Origin: an uncultured Lentisphaerales bacterium | GTDB taxonomy: Bacteria > Verrucomicrobiota > Lentisphaeria > JABSQK01 > UBA12247 | Length of the DNA stretch: 64,000 nucleotides | Direction of reading: 5' to 3' | Assembly (NCBI GenBank): GCA_943788985.1 | Contig: CALSSJ010000010.1 | Coordinates: forward strand, 1 to 64,000 | Part shown: positions 12,498 through 22,862 of the stretch, piece after piece | How positions within the stretch are numbered: the stretch's first letter is position 1 | How the letters are laid out: each line of letters starts with the position of its first letter | Program-made: the position numbers and the translations under genes | The notes under the pieces: model-generated | Database searches by the model: none | Seen by the model: only the letters and a program-made list of their open reading frames with translations | Told to the model about the DNA's origin: nothing

Positions 12498-14591
12498 TTA
12501 AAACTTCAACTCTGCAGCCAGGACCAAATTGCGGCCCGACTCATTGAGCCCCGAGCCATGGACGCGGTAGTCTAGATCTTCGAGATTCTCGACCGCAGCG
12601 GTAATCGTCAGGTGCTCCGTCGCCTCCCAGCCAGCCCGCAGGTCCAGGACTGCATATCCCGGTGTTCCTCCGGGCGGAATACGGCTCGTGTCACCGCGAT
12701 CGCGGGTCGAAAGCCGATCCGCGTCGGCCGCAGCCGTGCCGACCACACTGATCCACCAGTTGTCACGCGCCTCCCAGCGCACGCCCAGCCGCCCGGTCAA
12801 TGGCATCAGCCGGTCCAAATATTCTCGCTGCGCGGCCGCGTCGCTGGTCGGATAGCTCTCCACGTCTCCGTCTAACCACGTCACCGCACCAAATACAGAC
12901 CATTTCTCCGCCAGGTCCACGGCGCCGTCAAATTCCACGCCGTGCACCTGACCATCTCCGGCATTGCGCTTGGTCACCTCGAAGTCACCGTCTACAATCT
13001 GGCCCGTAGGCGTCCGCACGATCATCCCGTCTATGCCTGTGTAAAAGCACGCCAGCTGCAGCGAATAGCGCTCGGTTTCTGCCTTCACCCCAAGCTCAAA
13101 AGAAGTGTAGTGCTCAGGATCCAAGTTAGGCGAAGGCGTCTCAATCTCATCGGTCCGCGCCGAATCCAATCGCGTCAAATCGGATAGGTTCGGCGAGCGA
13201 AAGCCTTGCGAGATTCCGCCATACGCAATCCAGCTGCGATCTTCCCGCAGCGCCACCTGAAGCCTGGCGCTGCCGACCACATCCGACCAGCTATCGGCGA
13301 TCTGAATCTTCTCCCCGGAGTTCGGGTCCTCCACCGCATGGGCATCTGCTTCGGATCGTTCGTAGCGGGCCCCTAGCGTCAGGCTCCAGCGCTCATTCAG
13401 GGCGATCCTGTCCTGCAGATGCAGGCCGACCGTGTCGTAGGTCGCGTCATCGGCGACCGGGCCTTGGATCGACGTGCCTGTGACCGTTCCTGCCGCATCC
13501 AGTTTGCGTTTGAACGAGCTCACCTCGTCATGATACGCCTCAACGCCGTAGGTCAGGTCTCCGACGGCAGTCGCTGTATGGAGCGTCACAAAGCCGCCCA
13601 GCGTTTGCACCTCGAACCCTTGCTGGTCATGACGATCTCCGGTCCTCAGCCGGTCGCGATCCTCCAACTGTCGCTGTAGCGACACGCCAGCATGCAATTC
13701 GTCCACGAATCCGGGTCCATCGTCTACTGCCAGCTGCAGGTAGCTGAGGGACCGCTCCTGATCGAGGACTCGCCGTAGCTCGGAGCCCACCGACAGCCCG
13801 CGCCAAGTAGTCCCGTACACCGTCTTGTGGGTTCGCCAAGCATCGTCAATCCGCACCGTTTGATGTGCCACCGTGAGCGCCACATTGTCAGAAAGCGCCA
13901 GCTCTACCTTGGCATCCCAGTCGCGCTCATCGTATCCGGTCTTTTGCTGCGTGCCAACGTCTCGCCCGCCCTCCAGATCGCCAAACTCCTTGAGTGTGTA
14001 CCCCAGCGTCAGCGTCACGCGGTCGGACAATGCAGCGATCGAGTCGCCACGCAAGACCAGAGAATCCTCGGCCGACGCATAGCGCACGTAGAGCCGCCGT
14101 TGCCAATCCTCGTCCGGGGCGAGTTGGTCCTGCCCGCGGGTCACGGCCTGGACCGTGCCTCCCACGGCGTCACTGCCATACAGCACCGCGGCTGGCCCAC
14201 GCACCAATTCGAGCCGTGCCAGCGAAAGAGCATCCACCGTATTCCAGTACTGATTCGGGCCATCGCGAAAGACCGAATTGTTCAGCCGCACGCCGTCGAT
14301 CATGAACAAGGTACGCTGACTGGTAAAGCCACGGATATACGGCGATCCCTGGCCATGCCCCGTCTTCTGGGTCATGACGCCCGTTTCTGCCTTCAGTGCT
14401 TCTGGAACCGTGCGAACTGCTCGCTCCAGCTGCATCTCTTCCGCCTGTAAGGCTGACGTAGCGTAGGGCGTCTCCTGCTCGGATTGCGCGCTCCGTGATG
14501 CCGTAATCACCGTGTCCGCCAACACCGTCGGAGTGTCGTCTGCACCACAAAGAAAAGTCAGTAGAAAAAGTGGTAGAATCCGTCGAATCAT
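12498..14591 (-). CDS. TonB-dependent outer-membrane receptor
   Basis: Signal peptide, VITASR, plug motifs (IRGF, IDGVR, ELVRGPAAVLYGSDAVGG), ENL.D..Y and C-terminal Phe. Confidence 0.92.
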   Translation of the reverse strand: MIRRILPLFLLTFLCGADDTPTVLADTVITASRSAQSEQETPYATSALQAEEMQLERAVRTVPEALKAETGVMTQKTGHGQGSPYIRGFTSQRTLFMIDGVRLNNSVFRDGPNQYWNTVDALSLARLELVRGPAAVLYGSDAVGGTVQAVTRGQDQLAPDEDWQRRLYVRYASAEDSLVLRGDSIAALSDRVTLTLGYTLKEFGDLEGGRDVGTQQKTGYDERDWDAKVELALSDNVALTVAHQTVRIDDAWRTHKTVYGTTWRGLSVGSELRRVLDQERSLSYLQLAVDDGPGFVDELHAGVSLQRQLEDRDRLRTGDRHDQQGFEVQTLGGFVTLHTATAVGDLTYGVEAYHDEVSSFKRKLDAAGTVTGTSIQGPVADDATYDTVGLHLQDRIALNERWSLTLGARYERSEADAHAVEDPNSGEKIQIADSWSDVVGSARLQVALREDRSWIAYGGISQGFRSPNLSDLTRLDSARTDEIETPSPNLDPEHYTSFELGVKAETERYSLQLACFYTGIDGMIVRTPTGQIVDGDFEVTKRNAGDGQVHGVEFDGAVDLAEKWSVFGAVTWLDGDVESYPTSDAAAQREYLDRLMPLTGRLGVRWEARDNWWISVVGTAAADADRLSTRDRGDTSRIPPGGTPGYAVLDLRAGWEATEHLTITAAVENLEDLDYRVHGSGLNESGRNLVLAAELKF

Positions 14592-14602
14592 TGCATTGCT
14601 GC

Positions 14603-16036
14603 CTATCGCCGTTTGTTGGAAGACGCCAGGGTCGCGCGGCCAAAGGCCCAATTCCGTAGCGCCTTAATCTGCTCACTCATCGTCTCCGACAGCGGAACCA
14701 TCGTCCGGATGTGCCGGCCGATATCACGCAGCGTCATTGCGCGATCCGTCACCTGCGCGTCAATCCGCGCTGCCCGCACTGCCTCTTCGATCTCCGCGCC
14801 TGTCCAACCATCGGTCGCCGTGACCAGATGCTCCAAGTCGAAGTCCTCTGGACTCGCCCCGTGCGCTTGCAGATGAATCCGAAAAATTGCCTCACGATCC
14901 TGCCCAGCTGGCAGATCGCAGAAAAAGACCTGATCAAATCGCCCCTTTCGCAGAATCTCCGCCGGCAGCATCTCAATGCGATTCGCGGTGGCGGCGACAA
15001 AAATCAGGGGCGGTTTCTCCTGCATCCAAGTCAGGAACGCCGAGAACAAATGCGATTGATCCAGCCCGCCTCCCTCACGCGAGCCCAGGCCATTCTCCAG
15101 CTCATCAATCCACAGCACCGCAGGTGCGACCGACTCGATGGTCTGCAAGGCCGTGTGAAACGCAGCCTCGGGCGAGCCGCAGGCGCCGGAGTAGATCACG
15201 TTCATATCCAGCCGAAACAACGGCAGCTTCCAAGTCGACGCCACCACCTTGGCCACCAGACTCTTGCCACAGCCGCTGACGCCCATCATCAGAATCCCTC
15301 GCGGAATTGGCAGCCCGGCATCCACGGACGTCTGGCAAAACAGCCCGCTTCGCTTCTCGATCCAATCCGTCAGGTTGCCCAAGCCGCCGACGCCGCTGAG
15401 CTCTCCCTGCGGCGGCACAAACTGCAAGTAGCCCAACTGGCCAATAAGCGCTTCTTTCGCGGCAAAAATCTCCCGCAGCACCCGCTGTTCATCGAACTCT
15501 CCTTCGCTCGCCAGCACGCGGCGGATCACCTGCCCAGCCTGGGTCACCGACAGCCCGCGCAACGCGAGCAACACCGTCTCGTGCAACGCCACCGGCAAGG
15601 CTCGCGTCGGGTGCGCACCTGCCAACACTGCCAACAGCTCGCTCCCGTCCGGCGGCTTCGGCTGAATGACCGCCAGCTCCTCGCTCAAATCGGTCGGCAC
15701 CTCCCCCAGCTTCCCGATCAACACCACCAACTTGTTTGACGCAAGCCCCTCATAGTAGAGGTCGCGCAGCGCCCGAATCACCCCCGGGAGCTGGAAGTGA
15801 GCGTGCAGATCCTTGAACACGACCACTCGGTTTTCCAAACGCCGTGTATGCACCAGCGCCGCGATCGGATCCCTCGTCTCCGGCGAAAAGCCTGTCAGGC
15901 AGTTCCAGACCGTGTACGCTTCGCCATCCAGCGCGGCTTTCAATGCCGCCAGGGCCCGGTCTTCTTCTTGCGTGGCCAGCGCCAGCAACGGCGGCCCTGC
16001 CTGTAAGGCGTGTCGAATTTGGTCGCGAAAGTTCAT
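14603..16036 (-). CDS. AAA+ ATPase, Ycf46-like
   Basis: Walker A GVSGCGKS, Walker B LWIDE, ATAN, RKGRFD, C-terminal LRNWA. Confidence 0.85.
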   Translation of the reverse strand: MNFRDQIRHALQAGPPLLALATQEEDRALAALKAALDGEAYTVWNCLTGFSPETRDPIAALVHTRRLENRVVVFKDLHAHFQLPGVIRALRDLYYEGLASNKLVVLIGKLGEVPTDLSEELAVIQPKPPDGSELLAVLAGAHPTRALPVALHETVLLALRGLSVTQAGQVIRRVLASEGEFDEQRVLREIFAAKEALIGQLGYLQFVPPQGELSGVGGLGNLTDWIEKRSGLFCQTSVDAGLPIPRGILMMGVSGCGKSLVAKVVASTWKLPLFRLDMNVIYSGACGSPEAAFHTALQTIESVAPAVLWIDELENGLGSREGGGLDQSHLFSAFLTWMQEKPPLIFVAATANRIEMLPAEILRKGRFDQVFFCDLPAGQDREAIFRIHLQAHGASPEDFDLEHLVTATDGWTGAEIEEAVRAARIDAQVTDRAMTLRDIGRHIRTMVPLSETMSEQIKALRNWAFGRATLASSNKRR

Positions 16037-16079
16037 AGACTGTGATATGGTCCAAGTTTGTCTGTGCAGACTTTACACG

Positions 16080-16325
16080 ATGGCCCGCTCTTTGTATCGA
16101 CTCCTTCTACTTTTTCTGATCTGGCCCTGTGCGGCATTCGCCGCGCCAGCTGCCCTGTATGATGGGCTGCCATTCGGTCCTAGACACCTGCTGGCCGGCA
16201 TTGCTGGCGTCATGCTCGTGGTTCTCATGGTTGCTCGCTTCTGCCTGACCGACGCCGATGACGAGGCGAAGAATGAGGCGAAAAGGCAAGAAGATTCCGC
16301 GGACTCGGGTGATTCCGCGGCCTGA
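16080..16325 (+). CDS. Small membrane protein, hypothetical
   Basis: Signal-like N-terminus, one TM helix and an acidic tail; lies just upstream of valS. Confidence 0.5.
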   Translation: MARSLYRLLLLFLIWPCAAFAAPAALYDGLPFGPRHLLAGIAGVMLVVLMVARFCLTDADDEAKNEAKRQEDSADSGDSAA

Positions 16326-16403
16326 GCTGCCGCCAAGCATTGACCGGCCACTGGCACAGCCGTATCGTACCGGTTTCCCTTTTTGCAGATTTGGAGATCT
16401 CCG

Positions 16404-19088
16404 ATGACAACGCCCGAAATGGCCAAGGCCTATGAGCCCGCCACGGCCGAAGAGCGCTGGTACCCCGAGTGGGAAGCGCGCGGCTATTTTCACGCAGACA
16501 GCGACGACGAGCGCGAGCCCTATACCATCGTAATCCCGCCGCCGAACGTCACCGGCGTCCTGCATCTGGGACACGTCCTTAATAACACGCTCCAAGACAT
16601 CCTTATCCGCTTCGAGAAGATGCGCGGCAAGAACACCTGTTGGATTCCCGGCACCGATCATGCCGGCATTGCCACCCAAGCCAAAGTCGAACGCGTCCTC
16701 CGCGAGACAGAGGGCGTCACCCGCCACGACCTTGGCCGCGAGAAGTTTCTCGAGCGCGTCTGGGACTGGAAGGACCAATACGGCGGCACCATTATTCGCC
16801 AGCTACGCACCCTCGGTTGCGGCTGCGACTGGACACGCGAGCGCTTTACCCTGGACGACAAGCTCTCCGAAGCCGTCCGCGACGTCTTTATCCAGCTCTA
16901 TCACAAGGGCCTGATCTACCAAGGCACCCGGATGATTAACTGGTGTCCGGTCTCGCACACCGCCCTCTCCGACGAAGAAGTCATCTTCAAAAACGCACCC
17001 GGCAAGCTCTGGCACATCCGCTATGACCGGGTCGATGGCCAGGGATCTGTCATCGTCGCCACCACTCGGCCCGAGACCATGCTGGGCGACACCGGCATCG
17101 CCGTACATCCGGAAGACGAGCGCTACACCGACCTCGTCGGCCATGGCGTTATCCTGCCAATTGTCGATCGTGAGATCCCCGTATTTGCTGACGACTACGT
17201 TAAGCCGGAATTCGGCACCGGCGCCGTAAAAGTCACGCCCGCGCATGACCCGAATGACTACGAAATGGGCCAGCGACATGACCTCGAGACGATCGACATC
17301 ATGAACGATGACGCCTCGATGAATGACCACGTGCCGGAGCGCTTTCGTGGCCTCACCCGCGAGGCCGCCCGCAAGGCCGTCGTCGCCGAACTCGAAGCCA
17401 GCGGCCACCTCGTCTTGGTCGAGCAGCACGACCATGAAGTCGGCTTTTCCGAGCGCGGCGATGTCCCCGTCGAGCCGCGCCTTTCCCAGCAGTGGTTCGT
17501 GCGCATGGAATCCCTCGCCAAGCCCGCACTCGAGGCCGTCGAGGACGGGAGCATCAGCTTCCATCCCGAGCGCCACGTCAAGACCTACCGTCACTGGCTC
17601 GAGAACATCCGCGACTGGTGCATCAGCCGCCAGCTTTGGTGGGGCCACCGCATTCCGGCCTACCACTGCGCTAGCTGCTCACACATTAATGTGGCCAAGG
17701 ACACCCCCACGGCCTGCGAGCAATGCGAATCTACAGCGCTCACCCAGGACCCAGACGTGCTCGACACCTGGTTCAGCTCCTGGCTCTGGCCATTTTCCGT
17801 TCACGATTGGCCGGAAGAAAGTGCGGACCTCGCGAAGTTCTACCCCACCGCCACCCTGGTCACTGGGCCAGACATCATCTTCTTCTGGGTTGCCCGCATG
17901 ATTATGGCCGGGCTCGAGTTCAAGCAAGAGATCCCGTTCAAAGACGTCTACTTCACCTCCATCATTCGGGACGAGAAGGGCCGCAAGCTGTCCAAAAGCC
18001 TCGGCAACTCCCCCGACCCGGTCGACGTGATCGCCGAGTACGGTGCCGACGCGCTTCGCTACGCCATCATCTACATCGCCCCCGTTGGCCAAGACCTCCG
18101 TTACAGCAACAAGCGCTGCGAAATTGGCCGCAACTTTGCCAACAAGCTCTGGAACGCTACCCGCTTTCGGAGCATTCAGGGCCCACTGGCCGAGAACTGG
18201 CAATCGCTCGATGGCCTCAGCGTCGCCGATCTCCGTCCCGACGATCGTTGGATGCTGGCCCGGCTCAACCACGCCATCACCAGCGCCACCAAGAACCTCG
18301 AGACCTTCGACTTCCACGCCTACGCCCTCGACCTCTACGAGTTCGTCTGGAACGAGTTCTGTGATTGGTACGTCGAATCAGCGAAGGCCGCATTCTACGG
18401 CGACGATGAAGCCGCCAAAGCCACGGCCCTGCGCGTCTTCGACTTTGCCCTCAGTCGGATCCTACGGGTCATGCACCCGGTCATCCCCTTCCTCACCGAA
18501 GAGCTTTACCATGCCCTCGGCTTCGTCGCCGAAGACGACTCGATTATGCTTAGCACCTGGCCCGAGCCGCTCAGCGCCGAAACCTGCGTCCGGCTTGGTG
18601 TGGACTCCGCAACCGAAGAGCTCGTCAGCCATAAGTTTGACCTCGTTCGCGCTGGTCGGAACCTGCGTGCCACCTACAACATTCCGTTTGCCAAGCGCGT
18701 TCCTTACTTCGTCAAGCCTACCGACACGGCTACCGGCGAACTGCTCGCGGCCGATCCGGACTCTCTGCGCACCTTGCTGAACGCCGCCAGCGTCAGCATT
18801 GATCCTGACTTCGAGCCAGAAGGCCTGATGCCCTCAGCCGTCGGCCAAGGCTGCCTCATCTATCTGCCGCTCGAAGGCGTCATCGACCTCGAAGAAGAGA
18901 AGGCCAGACTAGACAAGCAACGCGGCGAACTTGTCAAGGGCATCACCGGCATCACCAAGAAGCTCGGCAACGAGAACTTCGTCAGCCGCGCTCCCGAATC
19001 CGTCGTCGCCCGCGAGCGCGAGCGCCGTGGCGAGCTTCAGGAGAAGCTCGATCAAGTAGACGAGTTGGCAGCCCTCCTGGGCGGCTGA
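16404..19088 (+). CDS. valS: Valine--tRNA ligase
   Basis: PPPNVTG-HLGH, DHAGIATQ, WCISRQLWWGH, KLSKS and C-terminal coiled coil. Confidence 0.97.
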   Translation: MTTPEMAKAYEPATAEERWYPEWEARGYFHADSDDEREPYTIVIPPPNVTGVLHLGHVLNNTLQDILIRFEKMRGKNTCWIPGTDHAGIATQAKVERVLRETEGVTRHDLGREKFLERVWDWKDQYGGTIIRQLRTLGCGCDWTRERFTLDDKLSEAVRDVFIQLYHKGLIYQGTRMINWCPVSHTALSDEEVIFKNAPGKLWHIRYDRVDGQGSVIVATTRPETMLGDTGIAVHPEDERYTDLVGHGVILPIVDREIPVFADDYVKPEFGTGAVKVTPAHDPNDYEMGQRHDLETIDIMNDDASMNDHVPERFRGLTREAARKAVVAELEASGHLVLVEQHDHEVGFSERGDVPVEPRLSQQWFVRMESLAKPALEAVEDGSISFHPERHVKTYRHWLENIRDWCISRQLWWGHRIPAYHCASCSHINVAKDTPTACEQCESTALTQDPDVLDTWFSSWLWPFSVHDWPEESADLAKFYPTATLVTGPDIIFFWVARMIMAGLEFKQEIPFKDVYFTSIIRDEKGRKLSKSLGNSPDPVDVIAEYGADALRYAIIYIAPVGQDLRYSNKRCEIGRNFANKLWNATRFRSIQGPLAENWQSLDGLSVADLRPDDRWMLARLNHAITSATKNLETFDFHAYALDLYEFVWNEFCDWYVESAKAAFYGDDEAAKATALRVFDFALSRILRVMHPVIPFLTEELYHALGFVAEDDSIMLSTWPEPLSAETCVRLGVDSATEELVSHKFDLVRAGRNLRATYNIPFAKRVPYFVKPTDTATGELLAADPDSLRTLLNAASVSIDPDFEPEGLMPSAVGQGCLIYLPLEGVIDLEEEKARLDKQRGELVKGITGITKKLGNENFVSRAPESVVARERERRGELQEKLDQVDELAALLGG

Positions 19089-19122
19089 TCATGACTGTGC
19101 GTCATGAGCGGGGCTCTCGCCC

Positions 19123-20487
19123 ATGATTGGCGAGGCCCCGTGGCGTGCGACTGTGCGCAGGTTGCTCGCCAATCGTCTTGCGACGATTGGTGGCAGCCTG
19201 GTCATGATCATGATGCTGGCCGTCGGCATTGGCCCGTGGTTCGTCCCGCATGATCCCTTCCTGCAGCGCGCCTGGCTCGGTGCCCTTCCTCCCGGTTCCG
19301 AGCACCCGCTCTGCAACGCTGAGAACCGCTTTCTCATCGGCAAGGCCCCCACCGGCCCGCCAGAGTTTGCGAACTCCGCAACCATCAAACTAAACACTAT
19401 TGAAGCGCGGACCGAGCGCTATCGCGCCAGCCTTCGCCGTGGCAAAGTGCGCAGCATCGTGCTTATGCAGGGCGCTCAGCGCACCGACTCGCTCCTCCTC
19501 GGCGATGCCGACCGCACCGCCATAGCCATCGCCGAAGACGGCAGTCGGCGCACTCTGCCCCAAGTCACCCTCCAGGCAGGCGAGCTCCCACCGCCCGGCG
19601 TCTTCGCCCCAGACAAGCGAGTCCTCGAGTTCGAGCTCGGCCTGCCGCCCGTGCACAGCGCCTGCACCATCGAACTTACCAACGGCCTTGTCACCCGCAT
19701 TCAGCAAGGCGACACCACCGTGGACTCCCTGACTCTGTTTGGCGATGCCATCGAAGGCGTCGAGCTCGATGGCACCACCCGCACGGTCAGGCACACGCTT
19801 GGAACCGATGAGAAAGGCCGAGACCTCCTGGCCCGCGTCCTCTTTGGCGGGCGAGTCTCGATCATGGTCGGCATCGTAGCCACCGCCGTCAGCCTGCTCA
19901 TCGGCGTCTGCTATGGGGCTACTGCCGGCTACTTTGGGGGGCGCATCGATCGCACCATGATGAGCGCTGTCGACATCCTTTACGCCGTCCCGTTCATGTT
20001 CATCGTCATTCTCTTGATGGTCATCTTCAGCCGCAGCCTGATCATGCTATTCATTGCCCTTGGGGCAGTCCAGTGGCTTACCATGTCGCGCATTGTCCGC
20101 GGCCAGGTCCTCGGCCTCAAAGAGATGGACTTTGTCGTTGCCGCCAAGATCAGCGGTGCCCGGACGCCGTCCATCATTTTCCAGCATCTCTTGCCCAATG
20201 CCATTGGCCCGGTTATCGTCTACGCCACACTAACCGTACCGGCCGTGATCCTCGAAGAGAGCTTTCTCTCGTTCATCGGGCTTTCCGTACAATACAATGG
20301 GCAGGCTCTCGACAGCTGGGGCGCTCTCGTCAAGCAAGGCGTGGACGCCTTTGGCTCCGGCGGCGACAACCTCTGGCTGCTGCTGTTCCCCTGTCTGGCC
20401 ATGGCCGCCACCCTGCTCGGGCTCAACGCCCTCGGCGACGGCCTCCGCGACTGCTTTGACCCCAAGCAAAACCGCTCCGATGCCTAG
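19123..20487 (+). CDS. Oligopeptide/dipeptide ABC transporter permease (OppC/DppC type) with a large extracytoplasmic insertion
   Basis: HTLGTDEKGRDLLAR, EAA-loop-like FVVAAKISGA, ESFLSFIG and GDGLRD motifs. Confidence 0.88.
   Translation: MIGEAPWRATVRRLLANRLATIGGSLVMIMMLAVGIGPWFVPHDPFLQRAWLGALPPGSEHPLCNAENRFLIGKAPTGPPEFANSATIKLNTIEARTERYRASLRRGKVRSIVLMQGAQRTDSLLLGDADRTAIAIAEDGSRRTLPQVTLQAGELPPPGVFAPDKRVLEFELGLPPVHSACTIELTNGLVTRIQQGDTTVDSLTLFGDAIEGVELDGTTRTVRHTLGTDEKGRDLLARVLFGGRVSIMVGIVATAVSLLIGVCYGATAGYFGGRIDRTMMSAVDILYAVPFMFIVILLMVIFSRSLIMLFIALGAVQWLTMSRIVRGQVLGLKEMDFVVAAKISGARTPSIIFQHLLPNAIGPVIVYATLTVPAVILEESFLSFIGLSVQYNGQALDSWGALVKQGVDAFGSGGDNLWLLLFPCLAMAATLLGLNALGDGLRDCFDPKQNRSDA
19367..19381 (+). 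repeat. Iterated motif TTGCGAACTCCGCAA, copy 6
   Basis: Exact 15-mer; encodes FANSA. Confidence 0.9.
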
Positions 20488-20599
20488 CTTGTTGCGAGAC
20501 TGGGAGCGCCGGATGTATCTGGCATTCTTTACCCTGCAACCGAGTAAGTAGCAGACTCTTTTGCCGGATGTATCCGGCGCTCCCAGTCTCGCAACAAGC
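20487..20599. repeat. 113-bp element with perfect 28-bp terminal inverted repeats (REP pair or MITE-like)
   Basis: GCTTGTTGCGAGACTGGGAGCGCCGGAT (20487-20514) and its exact reverse complement (20572-20599). Confidence 0.85.
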
Positions 20600-20676
20600 A
20601 ATAAGGTCCAAAATGAAAATCAGCGTCCATCGGTGTTGATCAGTGGTTGGCTTTGAAGGCCTCGTTCGGGAATGGA

Positions 20677-20701
20677 GACGGCGGGACGCCTGCGCTCCCA
20701 G
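20677..20701. repeat. REP-like short hairpin repeat
   Basis: GACGGCGGGACGCCTGCGCTCCCAG; shares the GCGCTCCCAG end with the neighbouring inverted repeat. Confidence 0.45.
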
Positions 20702-20827
20702 CGGCAAGATTGCGCCCGTGGTCGAGAGGGGGCCGATCCGGTAGGCTGTGGAATTGCTTGCAGTGCAAGGCGGGCTCGGGTAGCGTTTGGCGACTGTCGC
20801 CTCAAAACCTTTGGAAGTACACGTGCT

Positions 20828-21796
20828 ATGAATTCAGATTGGTTTCATGAAGCTGGCTGGGGGGTGTTTACCCACTGGTGCAAAGGGGCCGCATCGCCCG
20901 ACGAATACAACGCCCGGGTCGATGCCTTTGATGTCGACTTGCTCGTGCAACAACTGGTCGAGATTGGCACGCCGTACTATTTCATCACGCTGGGTCAATG
21001 CAGCGGCTATTATTGCGCGCCTAACCCGACCTATGACGCCGTCGTCGGCTATGAGCAAAGCCATTGCTCACGCCGCGACTTGGTCAGCGATATCGCCACG
21101 GCGCTGGCGCCGCATGGAATTCGGCTGATGCTCTACCTCGCCAGCGAAGGCCCAGCGGGAGATCCAGCCGCCGCACGAAAGTTCATGCAGCTGGGCGGGC
21201 AGACGCTGGGCTGGGACATCGAAGGAAACCGCCTGCGTGAAGGGCGCCGCGGCGTCGAATTCATGAAGCTGTGGCAGCCCTGTATTCGAGACTGGTCAGA
21301 GCGCTTTGGCGATCAAGTCCATGGCTGGTGGGTCGATGGCTGCTATTGGCCTGAGCAGATCTACCGCCATGCCGACGCGCCAAACGACAAGAGCTTCGCA
21401 GCTGCCTTCCGCGCCGGTAACCCCAAAGCGCTGCTGGCATTCAATGGTGGATTGGAGACGCCGATCATCGCGCACAGTGAGCATGAAGACTACACCGCTG
21501 GTGAAGTCGGACATCTGCTGCCAGTCGGCACGCGGCGCACTGGCGGGGCGCTACTGCCTATCTCACGCTTCGTTGGCGGCGGCATTCAGTACCACATCCT
21601 CACCCATCTCGGCGAGCATTGGGGCGGGCGCCCATCCCGGTTTCCCACAGAGTTGGTCGTCGGCTACACGAAACTAGTGACCGACAGTGGCGGGGTCATG
21701 ACTTGGGACGCGGGACTGGATGATACCGGAAACCTGTATCCAGAACATTTCGACCAGCTCAGAGAACTTGGCGACGCCATGCGTCAATCGCCGTAG
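20828..21796 (+). CDS. Putative glycoside hydrolase, alpha-L-fucosidase (GH29)-like TIM barrel
   Basis: WFHEAGWGVFTHW, RRDLV, RLMLY, GWWVDG and EDYTAGE motifs. Confidence 0.6.
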   Translation: MNSDWFHEAGWGVFTHWCKGAASPDEYNARVDAFDVDLLVQQLVEIGTPYYFITLGQCSGYYCAPNPTYDAVVGYEQSHCSRRDLVSDIATALAPHGIRLMLYLASEGPAGDPAAARKFMQLGGQTLGWDIEGNRLREGRRGVEFMKLWQPCIRDWSERFGDQVHGWWVDGCYWPEQIYRHADAPNDKSFAAAFRAGNPKALLAFNGGLETPIIAHSEHEDYTAGEVGHLLPVGTRRTGGALLPISRFVGGGIQYHILTHLGEHWGGRPSRFPTELVVGYTKLVTDSGGVMTWDAGLDDTGNLYPEHFDQLRELGDAMRQSP

Positions 21797-21869
21797 GGGG
21801 AACCTTAGGGCGTGGCTTCCAGCCTGTCGCGGTAGGAACCGTGGCGTACGCAGAGAGCCAGGCTGCGGA

Positions 21870-22599
21870 TCAGTGCAGCGTCTCTTCGAAGAATCGTAGC
21901 ATAGCTGCCCAGGATCGTTCGTCTGCCAAGCGATTGTAACCGACGCCCCCGATTCCCGCACGATCGGCCGCGGGGTTGGTGAAGCCGTGCTTAGCGCCAC
22001 TACAGATATACGGCTGTAAGTCGACCTTGCTGGCCGCAAGCGCGGCTTCGAACTCCTGGGCTGTCTCCATCGAAACCATCGGGTCGGCTGCGCCGTGGCA
22101 GACCAGCACACTCGCCTTGATTCAGGCAGCATCCTGGTCTTTGGGCAACGGCAGCGAGCCATGAAAGCTGACCACGCCTTTGAGCTCGGCCCCGGAATAG
22201 GCCAGTTGCATGACAGTCGACCCACCGAAGCAGTAGCCGATTGCTGCCACTCTCGCCGGATCGCACAGCGGATCTTGGGCCAGCATCGCCAACCCAGGTG
22301 CGTGCGTCGGCTGGATGCGCTGAGACCTTGCGCTTGCCTTCTTGGTCCGCGCCATACATATCCAGAGCAAAGGCAACATAGCCTTGCGCTGCCAGTTGTT
22401 CGGCTCGCTCGCGGGCGTAGTCGTTCAGCCCCCACCACTCGTGAACTACCAGAATCCCAGGTCGCATCCCAACGACGCTGTCATCCCAGGCCAGATGCCC
22501 ACTCAGACTGGTACCTTCATGCTCATAGGCGACCGCTCGGCTCTGGATTTCCGCCTGGCAGGCGATTGTGAACAACAGGGCAACAAGGTAAAAACGCAT
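21870..22599 (-). pseudogene. Dienelactone hydrolase family, disrupted
   Basis: HEWWGLN, GYCFGG, SFHG, HGAADP and HGF motifs; frameshift/deletion near 22290 and in-frame TGA at 22122-22124. Confidence 0.8.
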
Positions 22600-22862
22600 C
22601 GACCCAACTCCGCCAGTGTGGTGGGTCATTAGTTCGTGGGTCAATGGGAGAGGCATTTTGGCTGCTCCGGTGTGCTGGTAGACACGAGTCGATGCTGGGC
22701 CATCGGCGAGCTGTCACCAGTGCGGTGGAGCGCCGAAAAACCCTCGGGTTTTCCGACGAACTTGTGATTCACCACACTAGCAATCATCTCTGACAAGGAG
22801 CACCTACCCTACGTTGCCCTCATTCAGTTTCAACCCTCCCGGCTGCGTCAGGGCCGTATCGA

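Noticed and set aside
14603..16036. AAA ATPase as a phage or defence-system marker
   Set aside because: There are no phage or defence genes nearby; the context is housekeeping and transport.
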